NCBI GenBank assembly: GCA_964491885.1
Contig: CAZBIP010000001.1
Location: 10,745-74,630, forward strand
Direction of reading: 5' to 3'
DNA length: 63,886 bases
From: an uncultured Vicinamibacterales bacterium
Lineage (GTDB): Bacteria > Acidobacteriota > Vicinamibacteria > Vicinamibacterales > JAKQTR01
The notes below the pieces were generated by a model. That model worked only from the letters and a program-made list of their open reading frames with translations. It was not told the DNA's origin and did no database searches. This document shows positions 11,714-20,151 of the stretch, piece by piece; the stretch's first letter is position 1; every line of letters begins with the position of its first letter. The translations under genes were made by a program, and so were the position numbers.

Positions 11714-12040
11714 CGCGACGGCCGGCCGCGAGACGAGCTTCACGATCGCCCACACGCCAAGCCCGAGCAGGATGATCGGCAGGAGCGGCAGCAGGAGGCC
11801 GAAGAGCGCGATCAGGCCGAACCCGAGCAGGCCGACCACGGCTGCCACGAGGACGACGGGCAGCAGCAGCAACCCGACGAGGAGCTTGAGGAACAAGCCC
11901 ACCAGGCGGAGCGGCAGGAGGAGCACCCAGAAGACCAGCTTCAGCAAGCCGCCAACCAGTCCGATGACGAGCAGCCCGAAGAGGGCCATCGTCCCGAGCG
12001 CCAGCGCTTCGATCATGGGGTCCTCGCTTCCCTGCCGCAC
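11702..12040 (-). CDS. small hydrophobic membrane protein (L/G/V-rich)
   Basis: 112 aa, almost entirely hydrophobic and low-complexity. Third-position GC bias is consistent with coding. No family recognised. Confidence 0.45.
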   Translation of the reverse strand: MRQGSEDPMIEALALGTMALFGLLVIGLVGGLLKLVFWVLLLPLRLVGLFLKLLVGLLLLPVVLVAAVVGLLGFGLIALFGLLLPLLPIILLGLGVWAIVKLVSRPAVASGA

Positions 12041-12161
12041 CTCGAGTGCGGAGCCGTCGCGCGTGCGCGCCGCCTTCGTTGCGTGCCGTCGCGTCCGTTA
12101 TTTGGATCTACGAGGATCGGGCGGGTGAAGGTTCCGGGCGCCGCCGGGCGGAAGGCGAGGT

Positions 12162-12413
12162 TCAGCCGGCGAGCCGGGAATTGCCGAGCTGGTCGGTCGT
12201 CCCGCGCGGCGTGTCGGCCGGCAGGTACGCGGCCGGCTCTCCGAGCGCCTCGTCGAGAGTCCGAATGGTCAGCGAGCGGCGGCCGCTGGCGCGCAGCTTG
12301 AACACGTCCAAGCCGAGCGACAGCCCAATCATGAGGACGAGGACCGTCACGGCGGCCACGCCGGCCGCCTGCAACGTCGCGCCGGCGAGCGCGCCGACCT
12401 CGGCCCAACTCAC
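12162..12413 (-). CDS. small hypothetical protein with one N-terminal TM segment
   Basis: 83 aa. The start overlaps the rpoZ stop by 4 nt, which suggests coupling. No family recognised. Confidence 0.4.
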   Translation of the reverse strand: MSWAEVGALAGATLQAAGVAAVTVLVLMIGLSLGLDVFKLRASGRRSLTIRTLDEALGEPAAYLPADTPRGTTDQLGNSRLAG

Positions 12414-12778
12414 AGGAGCGCCTCGATCTTCGGGTGGGAGGGCCCCTCCGCGACGTCGTACTGGATGAAGCCCTTCCGGACCTCCTCCATCGCCACGCGC
12501 TCGGGCTTGTGCGCGGGCGCCGGGGTCTCCGGGGCCGCCGCGGCAGAGTCGGCCTCGCCCCCGGGTTCGACCGGCCGCAAGCGGCTCAGCGCGCCTCGAC
12601 GGAGCTGCTTGGCCCGCTGCGCCGCGACCTCGACGAACAGGAAGCGCGCTTCAGTGGGGTTCAACGCGAAGCGCTCGTCCGCCCGGGGCGGCTCGGGAAC
12701 GACGGGTTCGGCGACAGGCTCGACGGCGGGTTCGACAACCGGTTCTTGATCCACAACCATTAACCGTACACCACGCAT
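12410..12778 (-). CDS. rpoZ: DNA-directed RNA polymerase subunit omega (with Pro/Val/Glu-rich N-terminal extension)
   Basis: The core ARFLFVEVAAQRAKQLRRGA matches the omega motif (NRF-x-L-V-x-x-AA-x-RA-x-QL), and MEEVRKGFI lies near the C-terminus. The start may instead be ATG 12760. Confidence 0.7.
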   Translation of the reverse strand: MRGVRLMVVDQEPVVEPAVEPVAEPVVPEPPRADERFALNPTEARFLFVEVAAQRAKQLRRGALSRLRPVEPGGEADSAAAAPETPAPAHKPERVAMEEVRKGFIQYDVAEGPSHPKIEALL

Positions 12779-12878
12779 GAATGGCGAAGCAAGCAGGATT
12801 CCCGAAAAGGAGCGGGGGCGCCGGACCGGCGCCCCCGGATGACGCCCGAAGGAAGCCGCCCCCCGGGGCGGCCCGCCG

Positions 12879-13328
12879 TCAGTCCTGCACCTGGACCTGA
12901 ATCTGCTTCGGCTTCGCTTCCTCGCGGAGCGGGAGCTTGATGGTCAGCACCCCGTTCCTGTAGTCGGCGCTGACCTTGGTCGTGTCCACGGTCGGCGGCA
13001 GCGAGAACGAACGGCTGAACGCGCCGTACGTGCGCTCGATCCGGTGGCAGCACTCGTCCTTGATGGAGCTGTCCATCTTCTTGTCGCCGCGCAGCGTGAG
13101 GCTGTTGTTCTCGACGGTGATCTCGATCTCGTCCTTGGACATATCCGGCAGTTCGGCCTTGATGACCAGTTCGTGGTTGCCGGAGTCGTAGATGTCCACC
13201 GGCGGCACCCACGCGCCACGGCGCATCACGTCTTCCTCACCCGGCCGGTAGATCTCGCCGAGCAGGCGGTTCATGCGGTCCTGAACGGCGCTCAACTCAC
13301 GGAACGGGTCGAATCGAACGAGTGTCAT
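12879..13328 (-). CDS. Hsp20/alpha-crystallin small heat-shock protein
   Basis: 149 aa with an alpha-crystallin domain (WVPPVDIYDSGNHELVIKAELPDM...NGVLTIKLP). Confidence 0.92.
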   Translation of the reverse strand: MTLVRFDPFRELSAVQDRMNRLLGEIYRPGEEDVMRRGAWVPPVDIYDSGNHELVIKAELPDMSKDEIEITVENNSLTLRGDKKMDSSIKDECCHRIERTYGAFSRSFSLPPTVDTTKVSADYRNGVLTIKLPLREEAKPKQIQVQVQD

Positions 13329-13411
13329 GGCTTCCCTCCTCTACGGGTTTATCCTCGCGGCGGAACCGTCCAGCCACCCGGCAGCCGTCCGCGTCGCTGA
13401 CTACAACAACG

Positions 13412-13439
13412 ATATTAGCACAAATATGATTTGTGTCAA
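13412..13439 (-). promoter_or_regulatory. sigma70-type promoter of hsp20 with palindromic operator in the spacer
   Basis: The minus strand reads TTGACA-16 nt-TAATAT (-35 = 13434-13439, -10 = 13412-13417). A perfect palindrome CACAAAT-N3-ATTTGTG at 13419-13435 overlaps the -35 and the spacer. This lies in the only AT-rich patch of the window. Confidence 0.6.
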
Positions 13440-13666
13440 ATAAAATAATCTGAGTGTTGCTGTGTCATGGATGCTAAATTACCAAACGCGACAACGGCCT
13501 GAGGGCTGCCCCCGCAGCGTCGTCCGGCTCCTCCCTGGGGTGGTTGATTCGATCGAGTCCTGCTATTCTATCGAGGCCCCACCGGGCCTGGGTTTGCGCC
13601 CGTGCCCGGCCATGCCGGGGCCCAGCCGGTTCATCAGTGCTCCCAGCCAGACGAGGATGGTGCCGT

Positions 13667-14785
13667 ATGCCGCGTTACAGGATTGCGTGGTTGCCGGGTG
13701 ACGGTGTGGGCGTCGACGTCATGGACGCCGCCAAAGTCGTGCTCGACCATCTGAAGCTCGACGCCGAGTACATCCACGGCGACATCGGGTGGGAATTCTG
13801 GTGCGCCGAGGGCGACGCGCTCCCGCCGAGGACCGTCGAACTGCTGCATCACGTGGACGCGGCGCTGTTCGGCGCCATCACGTCGAAGCCGGTGAAGGCG
13901 GCGGAAGCCGAGCTGGCGCCCGCGCTGCGGGGCACCGGGCTCGTCTACCGCTCGCCCATCGTCCGCATGCGCCAGACGTTCGATCTGTACACGTGCCTGC
14001 GGCCGATGAAGGCGTACCCGGGGAACGCGCTGAACCACAACGACCAGGTGAACCTGGTCATGTTCCGCGAGAACACCGAGGACCTCTACGCCGGTGTCGA
14101 GTTCAGCCCCGTCCCGGCGGCGCTCTCCGAGACGCTGGGCCGTCTCTCGCCGGCATTCAAGCCGTTCGCGGCCCTCGCGCCGGACCAGTTCGCGGTCTCC
14201 TGCAAGATCAACACGAAGCGGGGCTCGGAGCGGATCATCGACGCCGCCTTCGCCTTCGCACGCGCGCAGAAGCGCCGCAAGGTGACGGTCGTGCACAAGG
14301 CCAACGTCGTCCGGGCGAGCGACGGGCTGTTCCTCGAGGCGGCGCGGGACGTGGCGGCCCGTTACCCGGACGTCGCCTGGGACGAGGCCAACGTGGACGC
14401 CATCACGATGTGGCTCCTGAAGAACCCGCTGAACTACGACGTGCTCGTGGCGCCGAACCTGTACGGCGACATCGTGTCGGACCTGTGCGCGCAGATGGTG
14501 GGCGGCCTCGGGTTCGCGTGTTCCGGGAACATCGGAGACAAGCTGGCGGTGTTCGAGCCGACGCACGGCTCGGCGCCGAAGTACGCGGGCCAGTACAAGG
14601 TGAACCCGATCGCGACGATCCTCGCGGCCAGGATGATGCTCGACTGGCTCGGCGAGGCGGACCTCGCGGCGCGGGTCGAGAAGGCCACGGCCGCGGTGAT
14701 CCGCCAGGGGCAGGTCCGCACCTACGACATGGGCGGCTCGAACACGACGATGGAGATGGCGGAGGCCATCGCGCGGGAGCTGTAG
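13667..14785 (+). CDS. isocitrate/isopropylmalate dehydrogenase family protein (ICDH/homoisocitrate-DH-like)
   Basis: The track ORF 13544-14785 is trimmed to ATG 13667 (MPRYRIAWLPGDGVGVDV...), which has GAGGA upstream. The motifs FRENTEDLYAGVEF and THGSAPKYAGQYKVNPIATILAARMML resemble, from memory, bacterial NADP-ICDH more than LeuB. Confidence 0.85.
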   Translation: MPRYRIAWLPGDGVGVDVMDAAKVVLDHLKLDAEYIHGDIGWEFWCAEGDALPPRTVELLHHVDAALFGAITSKPVKAAEAELAPALRGTGLVYRSPIVRMRQTFDLYTCLRPMKAYPGNALNHNDQVNLVMFRENTEDLYAGVEFSPVPAALSETLGRLSPAFKPFAALAPDQFAVSCKINTKRGSERIIDAAFAFARAQKRRKVTVVHKANVVRASDGLFLEAARDVAARYPDVAWDEANVDAITMWLLKNPLNYDVLVAPNLYGDIVSDLCAQMVGGLGFACSGNIGDKLAVFEPTHGSAPKYAGQYKVNPIATILAARMMLDWLGEADLAARVEKATAAVIRQGQVRTYDMGGSNTTMEMAEAIAREL

Positions 14786-14786
14786 C

Positions 14787-15734
14787 ATGCCGGCGATCAC
14801 CATCCACGAGGTGGGGCTGCGCGACGGGCTGCAGATCGAGGAGCAGGTCGTCCCGACCGGACGGAAGCTCGACTGGATCGGGCGGCTCGCGCGCGCGGGC
14901 GTCCCGATGATCCAGGTGGGCTCCTTCGTGCACCCGACGAAGGTGCCGCAGATGGCGGACACGGACGAGTTGTTCCGCCGCCTGGCCGATGCGCCGCCGG
15001 AGCCCGGCGTCGTGTATTCCGGCCTGGTGCTCAACGAGCGCGGCCTGGAGCGGGGCCTCGCCTGCGGCGCCGGCTATTTCTGCATGGGCGTGTCGGCCAG
15101 CGACACCCACAGCCGGAAGAACACCGGGATGGGCACGGCCGAGGCGGCCGACCGGATCGTCGCGATGGGGCGCCAGGCGCTGGCCGCCGGTCACGGCGTG
15201 CAAGTGTCGGTGCAGTCGGCGTTCGGCTGCGGCTTCGAGGGCGCGGTGCCCGCCGAGCGGGTCCTCGGCCTCGTGCGCCGGTTCGCGGACGCCGGCCTGG
15301 TGACCGTCAGCCTCGCCGACACGGCCGGCCACGCCGTCCCTGCCCAGGTCGAGGCCCTCGTCGGCGCGGTGCGCGGGCTCGACGGCCGGCTCGCCCTCAC
15401 GTGCCACTTCCACGACACCTACGGCCTCGGCCTCGCGAACGCGTACGCCGCGTTCCGCGCCGGCGTCACGGTGTTCGAGTCGGCGATCGGCGGCCTCGGC
15501 GGCTGCCCGTTCACGGCCGTCGCGGCGGGCAACGTCTGCACCGAAGACCTCGTGCACATGTTCCAGCGGATGGGACTGTGCGGCGGCGTCAGCCTCGACG
15601 GCGTCGCCGGCGTCGCGAGGGACGCATCGGCCTTCTTCGGCCGTGCGCTCCCCGGCGTCATCCACCGGACGGGTCCGATTCCGCTTGCGGGGCCGGGCAC
15701 CGTGTCTCCCTCGGGCGCTGCCCATGCGACGTAG
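14787..15734 (+). CDS. HMG-CoA-lyase family (HMGL-like) protein
   Basis: 315 aa with EVGLRDGLQ and FVHPTKVPQMAD motifs of the HMG-CoA lyase subfamily. It starts 1 nt after the upstream stop. Confidence 0.85.
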   Translation: MPAITIHEVGLRDGLQIEEQVVPTGRKLDWIGRLARAGVPMIQVGSFVHPTKVPQMADTDELFRRLADAPPEPGVVYSGLVLNERGLERGLACGAGYFCMGVSASDTHSRKNTGMGTAEAADRIVAMGRQALAAGHGVQVSVQSAFGCGFEGAVPAERVLGLVRRFADAGLVTVSLADTAGHAVPAQVEALVGAVRGLDGRLALTCHFHDTYGLGLANAYAAFRAGVTVFESAIGGLGGCPFTAVAAGNVCTEDLVHMFQRMGLCGGVSLDGVAGVARDASAFFGRALPGVIHRTGPIPLAGPGTVSPSGAAHAT

Positions 15735-15770
15735 CGCCTGGTCCCCTTCTCCTGCGAGGTGACAGCGATC

Positions 15771-16964
15771 ATGAGACTGCTCGACGGGGTCCGCGTCCTC
15801 GACTTGACCAACGTGCTCGCCGGGCCCTTCGCCACGATGCACCTGGCGCTGGCCGGGGCGGACGTCATCAAGATCGAGAACCCGGACGGCGGCGATCTCG
15901 CCCGCAAGCTCGGCAACGTGCCCAGGCTCAACCAGGACCTGATGGGCACGAGCTTCCTCGCGCAGAACGCCAACAAGCGCTCGCTGACGCTCAACCTGAA
16001 GACCGCCGACGGGCGCGCGATCTTCCTCGCCCTCGCGGCGAAGGCCGATGTCGTCGTCGAGAACTTCAGGCCGGGCGTCATGACGCGGCTCGGCCTGGGG
16101 TACGAGGCGCTCTGCGCCGTGAACCCGCGGCTCGTCTACTGCGCCATCTCGGGCTTCGGGCAGACGGGGCCCGACGCCGACAAGCCGGCGTACGACCAGA
16201 TCATCCAGGGCCTGAGCGGCGTGATGGACGTCAACGGCGACGAGCGCCTGCACCCGCTCCGCTGCGGCTTCCCGGTGTGCGACACGGTCGGCGGCCTCAA
16301 CGCCGCCTTCGCGATCATGGGCGCGCTCTACCACCGGGAGCGGACGGGCGAGGGGCAGTTCATCGACATCGCGATGCTCGATTCGATCATGCCCCTCATG
16401 GGCTGGGTCGCGGCCAACCTGCTCATCGGCGGGGTGCCGCCGGTGCCGATGGGCAACGACAACTTCACCGCGGCCCCGTCCGGCGTCTTCGCGACCGCCG
16501 ACGGCTTCATCAACATCGCCGCGAACCAGCAGGCGCAGTGGGAGGCGGTCTGCGACGAACTCGGCGTGCCCGAGCTGAAGACCGACGAGCGGTTCCAGAA
16601 GCGCGACGTGCGGAAGGCCAACCGGAAGCTCCTGACGCCCCTGCTCGAAGCGAAGCTGAAGGAGCGGCCAACGGCGCACTGGGTGGAGGCGCTCAACCGG
16701 AAGGGCGTGCCCTCGGGCGAGATCCTCGACCTCGCGGCGGCGCTCTCGCAGCCCCAGCTGGCGCACCGCGGCACCATCCAGTCGGTCGGCGAGCCCGGCA
16801 TCGGCGATCTGAAGCTCTTCAACCTGACGGCGAAGTTCGAGAAGACCCCGGCGTCCATCGACGCGCCCCCGCCGCGCCTCTCGGCGCACACCGACGCGAT
16901 CCTCGGCGAGCTCGGCTACGCGGCGGACGCGATTGCCGATCTCCGGCAGAAGGGAGTCGTCTGA
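15771..16964 (+). CDS. family III CoA-transferase (CaiB/BaiF type)
   Basis: GVRVLDLTNVLAGPFATMHLALAGADVIKIE is a typical N-terminus for this family. ATG 15771 with GAGGTG upstream is preferred over the track GTG 15759. Confidence 0.88.
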   Translation: MRLLDGVRVLDLTNVLAGPFATMHLALAGADVIKIENPDGGDLARKLGNVPRLNQDLMGTSFLAQNANKRSLTLNLKTADGRAIFLALAAKADVVVENFRPGVMTRLGLGYEALCAVNPRLVYCAISGFGQTGPDADKPAYDQIIQGLSGVMDVNGDERLHPLRCGFPVCDTVGGLNAAFAIMGALYHRERTGEGQFIDIAMLDSIMPLMGWVAANLLIGGVPPVPMGNDNFTAAPSGVFATADGFINIAANQQAQWEAVCDELGVPELKTDERFQKRDVRKANRKLLTPLLEAKLKERPTAHWVEALNRKGVPSGEILDLAAALSQPQLAHRGTIQSVGEPGIGDLKLFNLTAKFEKTPASIDAPPPRLSAHTDAILGELGYAADAIADLRQKGVV

Positions 16965-16967
16965 CCC

Positions 16968-18257
16968 ATGGGCATGACCGTTGCGCAGAAGATCCTGGCC
17001 CGGGCGTCCGGCCTGGCGTCCGTGCACGTCGGCGACGTGGTGGAACCCGCGGTCGACCTCGCGATGTCGCACGAGAACACGGCGCTCGTCATCAACCAGT
17101 TCCTCGAGGTGTACGCGGGGACGCCGCTCGAGCCCCGGGTCTGGGACCCGTCGAAGATCGCGATCATCTTCGACCACCGCGTGCCCGCGGAGTCGTCCAA
17201 GACGGCCACGAACCAGCGGAAGGTGCGGGAGTTCGCCGCCGCCCAGGGCATCGCCAAGTTCCACGACGTGCGCGGCGACCAGGGCGGGATCTGCCACCAG
17301 GTGCTGGCCGAGGAGGGCTACGACCGGCCCGGGGCGCTCGTCGTGGGCGCCGACAGCCACACGACGAGCCACGGCGCGCTCGGCGCCCTGGCCTTCGGCA
17401 TCGGCGCCACCGAAATGGCGTCGGTGTGGGCGCTCGGCCGCGCGGTCAACGTGCAGGTGCCGGCGTCGATCAAGATCGTCCTGCGGGGGCAGTTCCGCCC
17501 GGCGGTCTCCCCCAAGGACGTCATCCTCCACCTGGTCGGCCTCCTCACGGCGGAAGGCGCGAACTTCAAGGTGATCGAGTTCCACGGCGAGGCGATCGCC
17601 GCCATGCCCACGTCCGGCCGCCTGGTGCTGTGCAACATGTCGGTGGAGGCCGGCGCGACGTCGGGCATCGTGCCCGCCGACGCCGAGACCGTCCGCTACC
17701 TGCGCGAGGAAGCCGGCGTGACCGACCCGCTCGACCTCGTGCAGCCCGACCCTGACGCCGAGTACGACCGCGTCATCGAGATCGACGTCTCGGCGCTCGA
17801 CCCGCAGATCGCCTGCCCGCACACCGTGGACCACGTGAAGCCCGTCGGCGCGGTGGCAGGCACGAAGGTCCACCAGATCGTCATCGGCTCGTGCACGAAC
17901 GGCCGCCTCGACGACCTGGAGACCGCGGCCGCCAGGCTGAAGGGCCGGAAGGTGGCGGCCGGCGTCCGCATGCTGGTCTTCCCGGCGTCGTGGAAGATCT
18001 ACCGCGAGGCGATGCGGCGCGGCTACCTGGCCGACCTCATCGACGCCGGGGCCGTCATCATGAACCCGGGATGCGGGTGCTGCCTGGGCGTCCACCAGGG
18101 CGCCCTCGGCGACGGCGAGGTGGCGCTCTCGACGACGAACCGGAACTTCAAGGGCCGGATGGGCAACGCCTCCGCCGAGGTCTACCTCTGCTCGCCGGCC
18201 GTCGCGGCGGCCAGCGCGCTCACGGGCGTCATCACGGACCCGCGGCAGGAGGGATGA
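16968..18257 (+). CDS. aconitase-family dehydratase large subunit (3-isopropylmalate/homoaconitate hydratase type)
   Basis: 429 aa with GADSHTTSHGALGA, IGSCTNGR and NPGCGCCLG (Fe-S cluster cysteines). Confidence 0.9.
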   Translation: MGMTVAQKILARASGLASVHVGDVVEPAVDLAMSHENTALVINQFLEVYAGTPLEPRVWDPSKIAIIFDHRVPAESSKTATNQRKVREFAAAQGIAKFHDVRGDQGGICHQVLAEEGYDRPGALVVGADSHTTSHGALGALAFGIGATEMASVWALGRAVNVQVPASIKIVLRGQFRPAVSPKDVILHLVGLLTAEGANFKVIEFHGEAIAAMPTSGRLVLCNMSVEAGATSGIVPADAETVRYLREEAGVTDPLDLVQPDPDAEYDRVIEIDVSALDPQIACPHTVDHVKPVGAVAGTKVHQIVIGSCTNGRLDDLETAAARLKGRKVAAGVRMLVFPASWKIYREAMRRGYLADLIDAGAVIMNPGCGCCLGVHQGALGDGEVALSTTNRNFKGRMGNASAEVYLCSPAVAAASALTGVITDPRQEG

Positions 18258-18760
18258 GCATCATGGCGACTGTGGTTTACGTGGTCGGGGACGACGTGTC
18301 GACCGACACGATCTACCCGGGCCGGTTCATGGCGACCGTCCTGCCGTCCGAGACGCCGCAGTTCTGCTTCGCCGACGACAAGGCCTTCAACGGCGCGCTG
18401 CAGAAGAAGGCCGTCCCGCCGGGCGGCGTGGTGGTCGCCGGCCAGAACTTCGGCTGCGGGTCGTCGCGCGAGCAGGCGGCCTCGACGCTGAAGGGCCACG
18501 ACCTCACCGTCGTGGCGAAGGGGTTCGCCCGGATCTTCCTCCAGAACTCGATCAACCTCGGGCTGCGGACCGTCATCTGCCCGACCATCGAGGCGGCGGC
18601 CGGCGACGACCTGGAGATCACGGCGGACGCGGTGCGGAACGTGACAAGCGGGAAGGACTTCCCGTCGGTGCCGCTCCCGGCGGCGCGCCAGGCCATCATC
18701 GACGCCGGCGGCCTGATCGCGTACACGCGGAAGCGGCTGCTGGGAGCCGCGGGCCGGTAG
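18254..18760 (+). CDS. aconitase-family dehydratase small subunit (LeuD/HacB type)
   Basis: This is the C-terminal part of track ORF 17891-18760. ATG 18254 overlaps the large-subunit stop (ATGA). Motifs YVVGDDVSTDTIYPGRF and GQNFGCGSSREQA are present. Confidence 0.88.
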   Translation: MSIMATVVYVVGDDVSTDTIYPGRFMATVLPSETPQFCFADDKAFNGALQKKAVPPGGVVVAGQNFGCGSSREQAASTLKGHDLTVVAKGFARIFLQNSINLGLRTVICPTIEAAAGDDLEITADAVRNVTSGKDFPSVPLPAARQAIIDAGGLIAYTRKRLLGAAGR

Positions 18761-18826
18761 GCCGTCCCCGCTCCCGCCGCCTCGCCGCCGTGTGGCGGGG
18801 CGCGGGGGTCTGTGCGATCATAGGCC

Positions 18827-19300
18827 ATGCGCCAGATCGACGCGATGCTGCCGCTCGCCGAGGTCCGTGACCTCGCGGGCGAGGTGCGCCGCCTGTTCGA
18901 CGACCTCGATCGGGCACGGCCCCTCGACCGGCGCCTGCTGCCCGGTGTCTTTTCGCCGACGCTCGACGCCCGCGAGACGGCGGATGCCGTCGAGGTCGTC
19001 CTCGACCTCCCCGGCGTCGCGATCGAGGACATCCGCATTCTCATCCGCGGCAGCGTGGTGATCGTCGCCGGAGCGAAAGCGCCGCCCAACCCCGCGGAGC
19101 GGGCCGAAGCCAGCTTCCACCTCGTCGAGCGCGACTTCGGGCGGTTCGCGCGGGCGGTGCGCCTGACCGGGGCGTTCCAGACGACGCTGGCAACGGCCAC
19201 CCTGGCGAACGGGGAACTTCGCGTCCGCATCCCCAAGCTCGACGAGCGGCGCGGTCACGACATCACCGTGCCGGTCCGGCGCGGCGAGGCGGGCGCCTAG
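18827..19300 (+). CDS. Hsp20 family protein (divergent)
   Basis: 157 aa with an alpha-crystallin-like core (AVEVVLDLPGVAIEDIRILIRGSVVIVAG...NGELRVRIPK). Confidence 0.8.
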   Translation: MRQIDAMLPLAEVRDLAGEVRRLFDDLDRARPLDRRLLPGVFSPTLDARETADAVEVVLDLPGVAIEDIRILIRGSVVIVAGAKAPPNPAERAEASFHLVERDFGRFARAVRLTGAFQTTLATATLANGELRVRIPKLDERRGHDITVPVRRGEAGA

Positions 19301-19332
19301 CCCGCCGGGCGCGGGCGCGCCACGCGTTCATC

Positions 19333-20151
19333 ATGCGGATCCTCTTCATCGGCGACGTGTTCGGGCGGCCGGGGCGGGACCTGGTGCGGCAGGCCGTGCC
19401 GATCTTCGAAACCCGCTACGCCGTCGACGCCATCGTCGCCAACGTCGAAAACGCCGCGGCCGGCGCAGGCATCACCCGCGAGCTCGGCGACGCGCTGCTC
19501 GGCTGCGGCGTCGACGTGATGACAACGGGCAACCACGTCTGGGACAAGCGCGAGGCGCTGACGTACATCGGCGCGGAGCCCAGGCTGCTGCGGCCGCTCA
19601 ACATGGCCGCGGCCGCCCCGGGGCGCGGCGTCTTCGTCTCGCGGGGGCGCAACGGCCGCCCCTTCGGCGTCCTCAACGTCATGGGCCGGATCTTCATGCC
19701 GCCCGTCGACAACCCGTTCGCGGCCGTCGACGCCGCCCTCGAGGGCCTCGCCGGCTCGTGCGGGCCGATCGTCGTGGACCTGCACGCCGAGGCCACGTCC
19801 GAGAAGATCGCGATGGGCTGGCACCTGGACGGGCGCGTCACGGCCGTCATCGGCACGCACACCCACGTGCAGACCGCCGACGAGCGGATCCTGCCGCGAG
19901 GCACGGCGTACATCACGGACGCCGGCATGACCGGCCCGCACGACTCGATCATCGGCATGGAGCGGGAGCCGCTGATCGAGCGGTTCGTGACCGGCCTGCC
20001 CGGGCGCATGGAGCCGGCCTCAGCGAACCCGCGGCTGCAGGCCGTGCTCATCGACGCCGATGACCGGACCGGCCGCGCCACGTCGATCGAGCGCATCGAC
20101 TGGCCGGCAGACGACGTCGTGAAGGCCCGCGAGGCGGGCGGCCGTGCCTGA
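19333..20151 (+). CDS. ymdB: YmdB-family metallophosphoesterase (TIGR00282 type)
   Basis: 272 aa. MRILFIGDVFGRPGR and TTGNHVWDK are typical of YmdB. Confidence 0.88.
   Translation: MRILFIGDVFGRPGRDLVRQAVPIFETRYAVDAIVANVENAAAGAGITRELGDALLGCGVDVMTTGNHVWDKREALTYIGAEPRLLRPLNMAAAAPGRGVFVSRGRNGRPFGVLNVMGRIFMPPVDNPFAAVDAALEGLAGSCGPIVVDLHAEATSEKIAMGWHLDGRVTAVIGTHTHVQTADERILPRGTAYITDAGMTGPHDSIIGMEREPLIERFVTGLPGRMEPASANPRLQAVLIDADDRTGRATSIERIDWPADDVVKAREAGGRA

Noticed and set aside
13415-13470. A CIRCE (HrcA) operator upstream of hsp20, suggested by TTAGCAC at 13415-13421 and GAGTGTTGC about 30 nt downstream.
   Set aside because: Canonical CIRCE is TTAGCACTC-N9-GAGTGCTAA. Here the spacing is about three times too long and the second half is imperfect. 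The CACAAAT-N3-ATTTGTG palindrome is the better-supported element.
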